From positions 1 through 60,209 of the forward strand of contig JAGLQO010000003.1 of NCBI GenBank assembly GCA_023136775.1: a stretch of 60,209 bases of DNA, read 5' to 3'. The notes beneath the pieces were generated by a model. It ran no database searches and was not told where the DNA came from. It saw only the letters and a program-made list of their open reading frames with translations. Below, piece after piece: positions 36,923 to 47,803 of the stretch (positions are counted from its first letter, which is position 1; every line of letters starts with the position of its first letter). The translations under genes were made by a program, and so were the position numbers. The stretch is from Candidatus Pacearchaeota archaeon. GTDB lineage: Archaea > Nanobdellota > Nanobdellia > Pacearchaeales > GW2011-AR1.

Positions 36923-38200
36923 CTAATTAGCTCTTTTTATTTTTCGTGGTGCATAAAATTTTCTGTAAATGATTAAGAGCATAATTAAAAGAACAACTAG
37001 TCCTGCCAGAATAATTGTCATAATATTAATAACTTTGTCTATCAGTTTAATACATTCATTATCCTTACATCCAAACTCGCAATCTTCTACTATCTCCCAT
37101 AATGATTCATTACCACATCTTTGAATATCGTCTCTTCTACATCTTGACTGTTCCCCATGACATATTTCAGACTTATCCAATCCTGTTACAAAAGTTGAAA
37201 AACCTAAAGCTTCTACACTATAATAATAATAATCGTCGTTGGAATAAAGAAAAGTTACGTTAATATTTTTCCAATTATCAAAATCATTTTCTCGTTTATA
37301 TATTTTAAATAATTTTTCTGCTAAATTCATGGAGCCATCAAGATGTTCTTTTAGCCAAACTTTTGTTGCTTTGAAATGCAGGGTTACATTTTTAATTTTG
37401 TCATTTGTTATTATAATTTTATCTACAGTAAAAACTTCATAAATTTGGAAATCTAGGCCTAATCCCAAATCAATACTTGATTGACTTAGGTTTTCAATTT
37501 CTTCTATAATGAAAGCTCCTTTGACCATTTCTCTTACATTAATTGAAACTTTGGTTAATCCAAAATCTGTATTATTTATTAAAATGTTTGTTGTTTCGTT
37601 TGGATACATTGTTATGAGACTCATGTTTGTTGTTTCGTTTACTGTTTTTATTGGAACGATGGTGGAACTACCTCCACCTCCACTTGAACTAGAACTTTTT
37701 TCCTCAATTGAACAATTTTGAAATTCTGTTTTATTCACGTTTTCTGCATCACAAATATTAGTCTCATTACAGGTTCTTGATTGAGAGCCTCCCTCACAAG
37801 TTGTCCAATCTGTACAGGTCCAATTTTCTAAACAGCAAGGAATAATTTCCACCCAAGAAATATTATCTAAATCGCATGGTACACTATCTGTCCAGGTTCT
37901 TGATTTATGCGTTCCATTGCATACCACATCTTCCCATTCTGGACGAAACCATATTGGGACGCAAGGTGGAATTGATTCTGAGGACGAATGAAAAAATCCT
38001 ATATCTGCTACATGAATAGCTGAAAATATTTCCCCCGATAAAATACCTACAATGAAATTCGCAATATGTTCAGCTGAAGATGTGTTTACTCCACCTGAGG
38101 ATGTCCCTAGCCCTTCAATTTTATAATTTTCAGAACTCATTGACGCAGCTATTGAAATAGTTAGAACTGCTATTGCAAAGAAATATATTAATCGTCCCAT
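36923..38200 (-). CDS. Secreted Cys-rich protein with a PGF-pre-PGF-like domain and a C-terminal TM anchor
   Basis: Signal peptide, Cys-rich ectodomain, VNIREMVKGAFIIEE...VTLHFKATKVWLKEH, and a terminal TM segment plus basic tail. Confidence 0.6.
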   Translation of the reverse strand: MGRLIYFFAIAVLTISIAASMSSENYKIEGLGTSSGGVNTSSAEHIANFIVGILSGEIFSAIHVADIGFFHSSSESIPPCVPIWFRPEWEDVVCNGTHKSRTWTDSVPCDLDNISWVEIIPCCLENWTCTDWTTCEGGSQSRTCNETNICDAENVNKTEFQNCSIEEKSSSSSGGGGSSTIVPIKTVNETTNMSLITMYPNETTNILINNTDFGLTKVSINVREMVKGAFIIEEIENLSQSSIDLGLGLDFQIYEVFTVDKIIITNDKIKNVTLHFKATKVWLKEHLDGSMNLAEKLFKIYKRENDFDNWKNINVTFLYSNDDYYYYSVEALGFSTFVTGLDKSEICHGEQSRCRRDDIQRCGNESLWEIVEDCEFGCKDNECIKLIDKVINIMTIILAGLVVLLIMLLIIYRKFYAPRKIKRAN

Positions 38201-38361
38201 TATGTAGTGATGTAATTATAATTTATAAATATTTATTTTAAAGAGGATAAATATTAAAATAAGTTTCTCGTTTTTGAAATAAATGCTAACAAAAACTATA
38301 ACTATTATCTCGGGTACAAAGTTCCTCTTTTAATAAATCGTTCTCAGTTTTGAGTTAAATC

Positions 38362-41300
38362 TCATCCTATCACATACCAGGAAATACCATTACAGGCAAG
38401 AGTTACCCCCCCATAATTTGTAAAAGACAAATCAACACCATCTGGACATATTATTTTTTGAGTTCCACTTGCCTCATTATGTTCAATAATCATGGTATAA
38501 GATGGATGAGATTTATAAATATGAACTATTTGTCCATCAACACCATTAGCTAATCCTGCAATATATATATTTGCATCTGATGGACTAACTATAACAGAAT
38601 TCACTCCGCTTACATCTAATGCATCACTTGAAGCTGAGATTACCTTAACAGAAGAAGATATTGCCCCATTAACTTCTAGTTTTGAATGCGGATCTGTTAC
38701 TCCAATCCCCACATCCCCACCCATAATACACATAGAATTCGCCTGATTACAATTAACCCCATTCATATCATCCAATCCAATCGCAACAACATAATCAGCC
38801 CCTGCTTGGATTTCTCTTCCCATTGCTGTTGAATAATCCCCTGAAGCTATTGTATAGGCGCCCATTGCTGTTGAATAATCACCTGAAGCATTTGTAGTAC
38901 GCCCCATTGCTGTTGAATAACTCCCTATAGCATCTGTATTAGAACCCATAGCTACAGAAGAAGTACCTGAAGCTGTTGTATAGGCGCCCATTGCTGTTGA
39001 GGTAGAACCTAAAGCAGTTGTCCAAAAACCCATTGCTGTCGAATAAAATCCTGAAGCATTTGTTCGATACCCCATTGCTGTTGCAGATGGACCCGAAGCA
39101 GTTGTATCCCCACCCATCGCCACAGCATAATCACCTGTCGCACTATTCAAAGACGAACCAATTGTCGCCGCCCCACCAGAACTTACCTCTACATCTAATT
39201 TAGCAGAAGGAGTTGTTGTTCCAATTCCAACTCTATTATTAGTTTGATCAATAACTAAAGTATTAGAATCAAAGTTAAGATTACTAGTTAAAGTCCAAGC
39301 TCCACCCGTTGGCATTCTAATAGATTCTATATTTCCACTTGGGAAAAAACTAGTTGCTGAATCTCCAGTTAATGCAGAACCTCCTTCTGAAGATGAACCT
39401 GCATAGTTTCCTGTTGTGTCGGTTCCAAGTGCAACTGAATTTGCTCCTATAGCTATATTCCCAATAGTTCCTGTCACATCTCCTCCAACTCCAACTCCTT
39501 GAACGTCAGTTGCTGTTTCTATCACATCTGTTGTGACATGATTATAAGCAATATTTCCATAGTCTCCTCTGTATGCTGTTGTGCTTGTAGTTCCTAGATT
39601 TACTCCAACTGTGTCTGCTCCTAAATTTACGGTTCCAACACTTCCAGCTGTTCCTGCATGACTTGCAACATTTAAAGTTGGAGTCCCTGTAGTTCCACCA
39701 CCAGTAAGCCCAGTTCCTGCCGTAACGCCTAAAATATCTCCTCCATCATTTGCATCTGTTCCACAGCTAAATTCATTTGTTCCTGCAGTATATAATAATT
39801 TTCCAGTTGTACAATCTGGAATTATTTTAGCTTCCCAATTATTAACACCATTTCCAATCATTATAGCGTCTTCAATACTTGCTGAAAGTCCTGTTCCTCC
39901 CCTAGCAATTGCTAATGTTCCTGTTGTTAATTTTGTTACTGCTAGGTTTGGAATATCATTTGCCACTAAACTTCTAAAGTTTGGAGAACCAGCTGACCCA
40001 CTTGGAGAAGCAAATACTAAGTTTGCTGCTTGACTAACTAGGGTCGCCGTCAAAGTTCCAGAAGTTGTTACTGGAGAATTTGCGACATTAAAGATTGAAG
40101 GCATTGAAAGTCCTACACTTGCAACGTCTCCTGCTCCTCCAATAGCGTCAACTATCCAGGTAAATCCTGCAGTTGCTGAATCATAACTTAAAATATAATT
40201 ATCAGTTGGAGTGTTTGTAGCTTCTAAATCTATTTCTTGAATTGTATTGTCTAAAATTTCTGCAGTTGCTACTCCGCCTGTTGCAATCTCAGTAGTACCA
40301 ATTGAGTCTTGAACAATTTCATTATTACCGATACTGTTTGCTGTTACCGCAATATCTGGGATTGGACCAGTTCCAAATGTAACTGTTATTGCGTTTCCTC
40401 CAGTTACTTCGGTTAAATCTCCCGAGCCAGTTCCAACTGTTGAAATATCTTTACAATTTATACCGTTTTCATCACAATATTCTGTAGCTCCGACTTGACC
40501 TTCAACATCTAATTTTAAAGTTTCAGATGGGGTAGTTGTTCCTATTCCTACCCTGCTGCTGGTTGTTATATTTCCAGATGAATTTTCCCAAAGACTTGTT
40601 ACTGAAATGTCTGCATATAGGGTGTCCGCGTATGATTCATTCCAACTTTCATTGTCTCCCGCTACTGCGATATCTGCATATAGGGTATCTGCGTATGTTT
40701 TGTTAAATGTGGCGTATGTGTCGTTCCAGTAATTTAATGGGTTAAATATTGAATAAAATAATGTTTCGGCCAAAGATTGATTCCATGATTGATTATCTGC
40801 TCCAGAAATTCCCGTGAGTAAACTTCCGTTTCCTATAAAATAATCTGCTGTGATATTATATCCTGTTGCGTTCAAATTTTCGTCGAATATGATTCCGCCA
40901 ACGTAAACATTTTGAGCCATAAAAGAATAGGGGCTTGTTGTTAAATTCATTCTTGGTGCCATTTCGCTGTCGCCTTCAATTGTAATTCCTAGATAATATT
41001 GTTCGGAGAAATTAAGTCCTGTTGCGTCTAAAATTACGTCGTAGAAAATTCCATCAGTAATTGTCACATCTCTAACAGAATTCCAGAGTGAAACTCCGCC
41101 CGTATAAGAATCATAAATATTAAAAGTAAATTGAAATGTTCCGTTCATTGAACCAGATGAATTGGAGAGTTTACCATGAATGTTAAAAGTTTGAGGAACA
41201 GCGTCGGTTATTGGAGTTGGGTCCACTATGTAATCGAATTCAACTGAATTTCCTATAATTTTCAAATCAAAAGTGTCTTCATTTCCTACTAGAGAAGTTA

Positions 41301-42675
41301 AATAAATTTTATGAGTGGCTTCTTGTTCTACGTTTCTGAATCTTGCGATTTCTGTTGTCTCGTCTTCTATGTAAACTATTATGTCGCTAATCCCTTCAGA
41401 CTTTGCGTGGATTGTTATATCTTTAGTATTGTCAAGTTGCTTTTCAAATCTAACTCTTATATATTCGTTTTCATGGATTGGGTTGGTCCAAATATTATCT
41501 TGACTAAAAACTTCATTGTAAATGTTGGTGATAAATTCTTTATTAACTCCGAGATGTTCTGCTTGTGTTATGTAAATTATTTCGTAAATCTGTGCTGACA
41601 AATGTGGAACAATCCACTCTATATAATCGACATAACCGTCGTTGTCAAAATCATAAGGTATAAATTCGACTTGCTTTCTTGCTCGGTTGACTTTAACGCT
41701 TGGACTCAAATATTTTTTTACAACTGAATCCAAATCTTCTTCTTGCGATATAACTTGTCCAGTAATGAGTATGGTTATGTTTTCTTCCGTTTGGTTTTCG
41801 ATTAGAACTTCATTGTCTTCTTCGGTTGGAATTTTTATAGTTACATTGGTTATGTTTTCTTCAATAATTTCTTCTGTTTGAACATCTATAACTTCTGGAA
41901 TTGTTATTGGAATATTATCTTCGATTGGGTCTTCGTACCAGTATAATTTTAAATTGGGGTCATTCATTTTAATTTGCATTCCTTCTACTACTGAATATGC
42001 TAAAATTTCTGTATAATTTAATTCGCTTGGAGCTGAGACAATAATTCTTTTACCGTTGGTTAGAGCTGTTTCATTTGCTATTGGGGCTTTTGTATAATAT
42101 TCAATTGCAACTTCAGTTATTTCTTCTGAGATGTCTTTAATTTCTATGATTGTTTCATTTGGGGTCTCTATAATATTTTCTTCAATTTCTTCAGATACAA
42201 CCTTGCCAGTAATAGTTAGACTGGATAAATAATTCATAAATCTGGTTAAAATCCCTGTTTTTCTATCAATATTAAAAGTTACTTTTCCTGTCAAGGCAGT
42301 ACCTTTAATTATGGTTTTTCTATCGGTGTTTTCGACTACGGTCTTGTATTCTTTAACTTTTTTTACGGCTTTTGTTACCTCTTCGTTTGTTAAGATAGAA
42401 ATATTTTCTGCACCTTTTGGTAATTTTATATTGATATTTTTATCTTTAGATTCTATTTTTTTAATCCACTTAACTGGTCTTCCGATTACTGCCTTATATT
42501 GCAAAGTGGATGTGATTGGAATTTCTTCTGTTTGGTTTTCTTCAGCTTGAATGAAACTTATATTAGAAAGTAAAAGTAATATAATAATTCCGATAAAAGA
42601 GAATATTGATATATTAGTTTTAACTACCCTTTTTTCCAAATTAACTTTCTTAGATGAAACACTCCCTTTTTTCAT
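38362..42675 (-). CDS. Giant (1437 aa) surface protein with tail-fibre-like and YadA-head-like (xSTAMG) repeats
   Basis: Signal/anchor at the N-terminus. GIGTTTPSxxLDVEG motif occurs twice. At least 8 tandem YSTAMGxxTxASG repeats near the C-terminus. Confidence 0.75.
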   Translation of the reverse strand: MKKGSVSSKKVNLEKRVVKTNISIFSFIGIIILLLLSNISFIQAEENQTEEIPITSTLQYKAVIGRPVKWIKKIESKDKNINIKLPKGAENISILTNEEVTKAVKKVKEYKTVVENTDRKTIIKGTALTGKVTFNIDRKTGILTRFMNYLSSLTITGKVVSEEIEENIIETPNETIIEIKDISEEITEVAIEYYTKAPIANETALTNGKRIIVSAPSELNYTEILAYSVVEGMQIKMNDPNLKLYWYEDPIEDNIPITIPEVIDVQTEEIIEENITNVTIKIPTEEDNEVLIENQTEENITILITGQVISQEEDLDSVVKKYLSPSVKVNRARKQVEFIPYDFDNDGYVDYIEWIVPHLSAQIYEIIYITQAEHLGVNKEFITNIYNEVFSQDNIWTNPIHENEYIRVRFEKQLDNTKDITIHAKSEGISDIIVYIEDETTEIARFRNVEQEATHKIYLTSLVGNEDTFDLKIIGNSVEFDYIVDPTPITDAVPQTFNIHGKLSNSSGSMNGTFQFTFNIYDSYTGGVSLWNSVRDVTITDGIFYDVILDATGLNFSEQYYLGITIEGDSEMAPRMNLTTSPYSFMAQNVYVGGIIFDENLNATGYNITADYFIGNGSLLTGISGADNQSWNQSLAETLFYSIFNPLNYWNDTYATFNKTYADTLYADIAVAGDNESWNESYADTLYADISVTSLWENSSGNITTSSRVGIGTTTPSETLKLDVEGQVGATEYCDENGINCKDISTVGTGSGDLTEVTGGNAITVTFGTGPIPDIAVTANSIGNNEIVQDSIGTTEIATGGVATAEILDNTIQEIDLEATNTPTDNYILSYDSATAGFTWIVDAIGGAGDVASVGLSMPSIFNVANSPVTTSGTLTATLVSQAANLVFASPSGSAGSPNFRSLVANDIPNLAVTKLTTGTLAIARGGTGLSASIEDAIMIGNGVNNWEAKIIPDCTTGKLLYTAGTNEFSCGTDANDGGDILGVTAGTGLTGGGTTGTPTLNVASHAGTAGSVGTVNLGADTVGVNLGTTSTTAYRGDYGNIAYNHVTTDVIETATDVQGVGVGGDVTGTIGNIAIGANSVALGTDTTGNYAGSSSEGGSALTGDSATSFFPSGNIESIRMPTGGAWTLTSNLNFDSNTLVIDQTNNRVGIGTTTPSAKLDVEVSSGGAATIGSSLNSATGDYAVAMGGDTTASGPSATAMGYRTNASGFYSTAMGFWTTALGSTSTAMGAYTTASGTSSVAMGSNTDAIGSYSTAMGRTTNASGDYSTAMGAYTIASGDYSTAMGREIQAGADYVVAIGLDDMNGVNCNQANSMCIMGGDVGIGVTDPHSKLEVNGAISSSVKVISASSDALDVSGVNSVIVSPSDANIYIAGLANGVDGQIVHIYKSHPSYTMIIEHNEASGTQKIICPDGVDLSFTNYGGVTLACNGISWYVIG

Positions 42676-42732
42676 ATAAAATAAAAACAAGTTTAATATA
42701 AAAGGATTGCTGTGAAGAATTATTTTAAATGT

Positions 42733-45045
42733 TTATCCCATATAGCTAACACTGGTATCGCTTAATGCAGCTTTAGCATTTTTCAAATATTTGGATTCTA
42801 TTTGCTTGTATCTTTCTTGGTCATTTTTTGAAACTGACGGCAAAACTTTTTCCATTGCTTCTTCAAAATGTTCTTTTGTAACCTTTTCTGTTTCTATGTT
42901 CTCCCGAAGAGCAAGCATTGCGGCTTCCCTAACTAAAGATTCTAAATCTGCTCCTGTGTAACCTTCAGTAATTTCAGATAACTTTTCTATGTTAACATCT
43001 TTATTTAGTGGCATATTTTCAGTATGAATTTTTAAAATTGCTAGTCGACCTTCTTTTTCTGGAACTGTTACAAAAACAATTCTGTCAAATCTTCCTGGTC
43101 TCATTAAAGCTGGGTCTAGAATATCTGGTCGGTTTGTTGCCCCGATAACTATTACATTTGTCAAATCTTCTATTCCATCCATTTCTGACAATAACTGGTT
43201 TAGAACATTATCTGCTACTTTTGCGCCCCCCATGTGACCTTCAGCTCTTTTGCTAGCCAATGAATCAATTTCGTCAAAGAAAATAACACAGGGCGAAACC
43301 TGCCTAGCCCTTTCGAAAATTTTACGAACACCTTCTTCAGATTTTCCAACCCACATGCTCAATAAACTCGGTCCTTTAACTTGAATAAAATTTGCTTCGG
43401 ATTCGTTGGCTACCGCTTTTGCTAGTAGGGTTTTTCCTGTTCCTGGGGGACCGTAGAGTAAAACTCCTTTTGGTGGTTTAATTCCCATTCGAGTAAATGA
43501 TTTTGGAAATTTCAAAGGCCATTCAACAGCTTCTTTCAAATCTCGCTTCACTTCCTCAACTCCACCTATATCTTTCCATTTTGTACTTGGGGTTTCAACC
43601 AAAACTTCTCGCATGGCTGAGGGTCTAACAATTTTTAATGCTTCGTCAAAATCTTTTTGAGATATTTTTAATTCATCAAGAAGTGTTTGCGGAATTTCTT
43701 CGTTTTCCTCTAAATTAAATTTATGTAAATTTTTTCGAAGCACAATCATTGCTGCTTCTTTACAAAGAGAATTTACATCTGCTCCAACGAAGCCGTGAGT
43801 TTTCCTTGCAATTTCGTCTAACTCAACATCTTTTGTTAGGGGCATTGTTCTGGTGTGAATTTTTAGAATTTGTAATCTCCCGTTTTTATCTGGAACTGAA
43901 ATTTCAACTTCTCTGTCGAATCTTCCTGGTCGTCTTAATGCTGGGTCAATTGCGTTTGGTCTGTTTGTTGCTCCGATAACTACAACTTTTCCACGGGATT
44001 GAAGACCGTCCATCATGGTTAATAATTGAGAAACTACTCGTCTTTCAACTTCTCCGGAAACCTCTTCTCGCTTTGGGGCAAGTGAATCTATTTCGTCTAT
44101 GAAAATAATTGATGGTGAATTCTTTTCTGCTTCGTTAAAAATTTCTCTAATCTTTTTTTCAGATTCTCCATAAAACTTACTCATGATTTCTGGACCGTTA
44201 AGTAAAATAAAGTGTGCTTCGGATTCGTTGGCTACTGCTTTTGCCAATAGAGTCTTTCCTGTTCCTGGTGGGCCATAAAGTAAGACTCCTTTCGGTGGTT
44301 CGATCCCAAGTCTCATAAAAATTTCTGGTCTTTTCAATGGAAGTTCCACCATTTCTCTAACTTTTTTTACCTCGTCGGTTAATCCACCTATATCTTCGTA
44401 AGTAATTGAGGGAATTGATTCTTCGGAAATTTCAACTGCTTTTGGAGAAAGTGTTATTTGTGTATTTTCGGTTATTATTCCAGGCTGAGAGGGGGTTGTT
44501 GAAATAATTGAAAATCGAATTTGAGTAAGTCCTCCTGGAATTCCTCCAAACCCCATTTGGTTAAACATATCTCCTATATCTCCTCCGAATAAATCTCCAA
44601 TTCCATTTGACATTAAATCCTTTCTTCGCTGAGCTCCACCCATTACAACTATATCTCCTTTGTTAACTGGTTTTCCAAGAAGCCCTCTTTTGAAGTTGTC
44701 TGGGTCACCTTGAACAACTACTCCTTTTTGTGCTGGAGCAATGGTTACTTTTTTTACTTCTTTCATGGCTATTTTTGCTACTTCAATATTTTCCCCTATG
44801 CCTGTTTTTGCATTTTTTCTTGTGATACCATCCATTCGGATTATATCTTCTCCTCTGTCGGCAGGATAAGCTTGATCAACTATTGAATAGGTTATTCTGT
44901 CTCCTTTTATGGAAATAATATCTCCTCTGCCTAGATTTAATTGCTGCATTAGAGCTGGATCAATTCTGACTATGCCTTTGTAGGCGTCATCTTGCAAGGC
45001 TTCGACAACTCGAAGTTTAATTTTATTTGAATTTTCTTTTGCCAT
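42733..45045 (-). CDS. cdc48: CDC48/VCP-like AAA+ ATPase
   Basis: N-domain plus two AAA modules, each with [17 protein letters not shown] and a second region of homology. Confidence 0.95.
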   Translation of the reverse strand: MAKENSNKIKLRVVEALQDDAYKGIVRIDPALMQQLNLGRGDIISIKGDRITYSIVDQAYPADRGEDIIRMDGITRKNAKTGIGENIEVAKIAMKEVKKVTIAPAQKGVVVQGDPDNFKRGLLGKPVNKGDIVVMGGAQRRKDLMSNGIGDLFGGDIGDMFNQMGFGGIPGGLTQIRFSIISTTPSQPGIITENTQITLSPKAVEISEESIPSITYEDIGGLTDEVKKVREMVELPLKRPEIFMRLGIEPPKGVLLYGPPGTGKTLLAKAVANESEAHFILLNGPEIMSKFYGESEKKIREIFNEAEKNSPSIIFIDEIDSLAPKREEVSGEVERRVVSQLLTMMDGLQSRGKVVVIGATNRPNAIDPALRRPGRFDREVEISVPDKNGRLQILKIHTRTMPLTKDVELDEIARKTHGFVGADVNSLCKEAAMIVLRKNLHKFNLEENEEIPQTLLDELKISQKDFDEALKIVRPSAMREVLVETPSTKWKDIGGVEEVKRDLKEAVEWPLKFPKSFTRMGIKPPKGVLLYGPPGTGKTLLAKAVANESEANFIQVKGPSLLSMWVGKSEEGVRKIFERARQVSPCVIFFDEIDSLASKRAEGHMGGAKVADNVLNQLLSEMDGIEDLTNVIVIGATNRPDILDPALMRPGRFDRIVFVTVPEKEGRLAILKIHTENMPLNKDVNIEKLSEITEGYTGADLESLVREAAMLALRENIETEKVTKEHFEEAMEKVLPSVSKNDQERYKQIESKYLKNAKAALSDTSVSYMG

Positions 45046-45051
45046 TTTTAT

Positions 45052-45384
45052 TTAGAAATGTAGTGAAATTCTCCCGATTTCTTCTAGAGACAAATCCACC
45101 ATTTCATTCATTTCGTTTTCTTGTTCGTTCATGAAATCTATAATTTCTCTTGGTATTGAAACCGCATAGGAGTTTCCAACGAACCGAAGTTTAACTTTAA
45201 AGTTTTTCTTCTTCAGATTTTGGAAATCAGCGTATTCTTTTAAGTCTTCTGGGTGGATGATTTGGTTATTGCAATCTTTGCATCCAAGCGCTCTGAGATT
45301 AAAACCGTTCTTTCTTACTAGAATTGGTTGCATTTTTTTTTGGCAATCTTTGCAGAGTATTGTATTTTCGAATATGTCTGACAT
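45052..45384 (-). CDS. Zinc-ribbon plus AbrB/SpoVT-like small protein
   Basis: CKDC...CKDC followed by VGNSYAVSIPREI. Confidence 0.55.
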   Translation of the reverse strand: MSDIFENTILCKDCQKKMQPILVRKNGFNLRALGCKDCNNQIIHPEDLKEYADFQNLKKKNFKVKLRFVGNSYAVSIPREIIDFMNEQENEMNEMVDLSLEEIGRISLHF

Positions 45385-45420
45385 GTATATACACCGTGTG
45401 TATATTATATAAGGATTGTG

Positions 45421-45730
45421 GGGGTTTATTTTTGGAATCTGGGGGAAGGCAAATTGCTCGCGGCACCCTCACAAATATATGGTAGATATTGGTTGGGGCA
45501 TTCTAATTTTGGGGATTTTGGGGATTTAAGAACTGGAATAGCCACTAACACCTTCGGTGTACACTAACGCAATAAATTGCGCGCACGAACCTGCGGTGCT
45601 TTTTGTTGATATTTTGATTTTGGCTAAATTTTGCTTGAGAATGTTTTGTTAATTTTAATTGCTCACGGATTTGCACAGATGCCTAACGGCATTCACGGAT
45701 TGAGGACAATGATTTTGAGAGTGAATTTCT
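45421..45730. repeat. Intergenic repeat array related to 17.1-18.2 kb arrays
   Basis: atctgggggaaggcaaattgctcgcgg resembles agacaggggaaacaaattttggctcgcgg. The CACGGAT-hairpin unit at 45661-45723 is also present. Confidence 0.6.
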
Positions 45731-45834
45731 TGTTAGAATAATGACGAGGAGTGGGTGCACTGGTAAATATTTGAACAAAAGTGTTAAATACGGTTTATTC
45801 TTTGTTTTTATATCCGTTAAAAGGGAGGTGAAAA

Positions 45835-46437
45835 ATGAAAAAAATATTTATTTTTATGATAATGACTTTTTTGGTTATTGGAATTGCTAATGCTGCTTCA
45901 GATATTGATAGTGGTAAAGACGAGACTGTGGCTGCTGGATCCGATGGAGAAGGACAAGGGGACGCTGGAAAAATTGGCGAGCCCAAGACTCAACTTCAAG
46001 GAGATGGACAATTTACGTCTGAAAGTGGTAAGCTCATGCGATTTTCTGAAGAAGGTGGACAAATTAGACTTCAAGCTGGAGAACATTCTGCTGAATGTAA
46101 AGGATGTGAACTAACTCAGGAAGATGGTAAACTTAAGGCAAAAATGTCTAACGGCGCAAATGCTGAGATTAAAGTTATGCCAGACCAAGCAAACGAAAAA
46201 GCACTTGAAAGATTGAGATTAAAATCTTGCGAGAATTGTTCAATCGAACTTAAAGAAGTTGGAAAGGGCGATGATATGAAGATGGCTTATGAGGTTAAAA
46301 CTCAAAAGAAAGCTAAGGTGTTTGGAATTTTTAATGCTGATATGAAGGTTGAGGCTCAAGTTGATGCTGAGACTGGAGAGGTTATTAAATCAAAGAAGCC
46401 TTGGTGGGCATTCTTAGCTTCGGAGAAATCTGAATAA
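45835..46437 (+). CDS. Secreted hypothetical protein
   Basis: Signal peptide MKKIFIFMIMTFLVIGIANA. 200 aa. Confidence 0.6.
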   Translation: MKKIFIFMIMTFLVIGIANAASDIDSGKDETVAAGSDGEGQGDAGKIGEPKTQLQGDGQFTSESGKLMRFSEEGGQIRLQAGEHSAECKGCELTQEDGKLKAKMSNGANAEIKVMPDQANEKALERLRLKSCENCSIELKEVGKGDDMKMAYEVKTQKKAKVFGIFNADMKVEAQVDAETGEVIKSKKPWWAFLASEKSE

Positions 46438-46464
46438 GTTCAATTTTATTTTTTATTTTTTATT

Positions 46465-46670
46465 TTTGGAGCGAGGATTTTTCCTCGCGATAGATTTTTT
46501 AGTTACGGGCCTCAAACGGCATAGCGTCTTCCGACCCCGAGCGAAAGTTGTTTTCGCGATTACATGAGAGACGAGACTTTCGCCAAGGGCGAAAAAGGAG
46601 AAGCCTGATGTCGAGCGATATATAATCGAATCGATAGATTCGACAAATGAAAACGGAAGGGTTAAAAGTA
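46465..46670 (-). repeat. GC-richer multi-hairpin block, probably a divergent long-form 3' domain
   Basis: TTGGAGCGAGGATTTTTCCTCGCGATAG parallels AATGGAGCGGAAATTATTTCCGCGATTAAATAG of copy F (plus-strand reading). Further hairpins GCGAAA-GTTG-TTTTCGC and CGCC-AAG-GGCG. Confidence 0.45.
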
Positions 46671-46689
46671 GTATTGACAATTTATTTTA

Positions 46690-47271
46690 ATGAAAAAGAA
46701 CTCTAATTATTTTAAGAGATTTTGGGCATTTTTACAAAAAGATACTTGGCCATCATTTGTTGTTACGCTTGCACTTGCTTTCGTCTTGATTAAATTTATT
46801 TTCTTTCCTGGATTATCACTTTTGACTGGGACTGCTTTGCCTTTGGTTATTGTTGAAAGTTGTTCTATGTATCACCATGAAGGTGGATTCGAAAAAATAT
46901 TTGAAAGTCCTGTTTATGAAAAAAATGGTATTTCTATAGTTGATACTAACGAATGGTCGTTTAGAGATGGATTCAACAAGGGGGATGTTATCTTTGTTGT
47001 TGGTGCTAGAAATGTTGAAATTGGAGATGTGATTATATTTAATGCTGGAGCTAAACATCCTTTGATTCATCGAGTTGTTGAGGACGAAGATAATTATGCT
47101 ACGAAGGGGGATAATTACAAAACAAATGCAAGGCAACTTACTTCTGAAAAAAATATTTCTGAGGAACAATTTGTTGGGAAGGCATTATTTAGAGTTCCTT
47201 TTATTGGATGGGCGAAGTTAATTTTCTTTGAGGCTGGAAGAAGTCCAAATGACCGTGGACTTTGCCGATGA
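46690..47271 (+). CDS. Signal peptidase I, archaeal/Sec11 type
   Basis: N-terminal TM segment, SCSM (catalytic Ser box), HRVV and KGDNY boxes. Confidence 0.75.
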   Translation: MKKNSNYFKRFWAFLQKDTWPSFVVTLALAFVLIKFIFFPGLSLLTGTALPLVIVESCSMYHHEGGFEKIFESPVYEKNGISIVDTNEWSFRDGFNKGDVIFVVGARNVEIGDVIIFNAGAKHPLIHRVVEDEDNYATKGDNYKTNARQLTSEKNISEEQFVGKALFRVPFIGWAKLIFFEAGRSPNDRGLCR

Positions 47272-47340
47272 ACATATCCTTTTAATTTGTCAACAATCGT
47301 TGGTCGGTAATTTTATAAATTGGAATATCTTGGTTTTTCA

Positions 47341-47649
47341 ATGGAATTTTGTCCTAAGTGCGGAGCTATTTTGATGATGAAAGTGACTAAAGTTGGTTGC
47401 CCTAAGTGTAACTATGTTGCCAAGGGGAAAGTTAATTTAGAAATGAAAGAAGAAGTTAATGAAAGGGTTGAAATTGCTGTAGTAGACGAAAAGAAGGATA
47501 ATCCAAATCCAATTACTGATTTTCCATGTAAAAAATGTGGTCATAAAAGAGCATACTTTTGGATTAGGCAAATGAGATCTGGAGATGAGCCAGAATCCAA
47601 ATTTTATGAATGTGTTAAGTGTAAAAACACAACAAGAGTAGATGATTAA
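47341..47649 (+). CDS. tfs: Transcription factor S (TFIIS/RpoM-like)
   Basis: Two zinc ribbons (CPKCG...CPKCN and CKKCG...CVKC) and the RSGDEP acidic-loop motif. ATG at 47341. Confidence 0.9.
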   Translation: MEFCPKCGAILMMKVTKVGCPKCNYVAKGKVNLEMKEEVNERVEIAVVDEKKDNPNPITDFPCKKCGHKRAYFWIRQMRSGDEPESKFYECVKCKNTTRVDD

Positions 47650-47653
47650 AAAC

Positions 47654-47803
47654 ATTGACAAAATTTTCTGGTGAAAATTTTCGTCAGGTATCGTCCACAC
47701 AGGACTCTAATTTCCGAACCGCTTACCGCACAGGTCGCAGACGGTTAGATATATGAGGGAATTTGTTCCAAATTCCCGTTTTGGGGAATGGATGTTATAT
47801 GAC
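47654..47803 (+). ncRNA. Structured element, short form, copy E
   Basis: P1 inner AAAATTTT/AAAATTTT. P2 GTCC/GGAC. P3 CGAACCG/CGGTTAG (one mismatch). P4 GGGAATTTG/CAAATTCCC. Starts 4 nt after the tfs stop. Confidence 0.65.

Noticed and set aside
46453-46680. 75-aa minus-strand ORF.
   Set aside because: It lies entirely in the hairpin-rich, repeat-related block. The composition is not protein-like and it has no start context.
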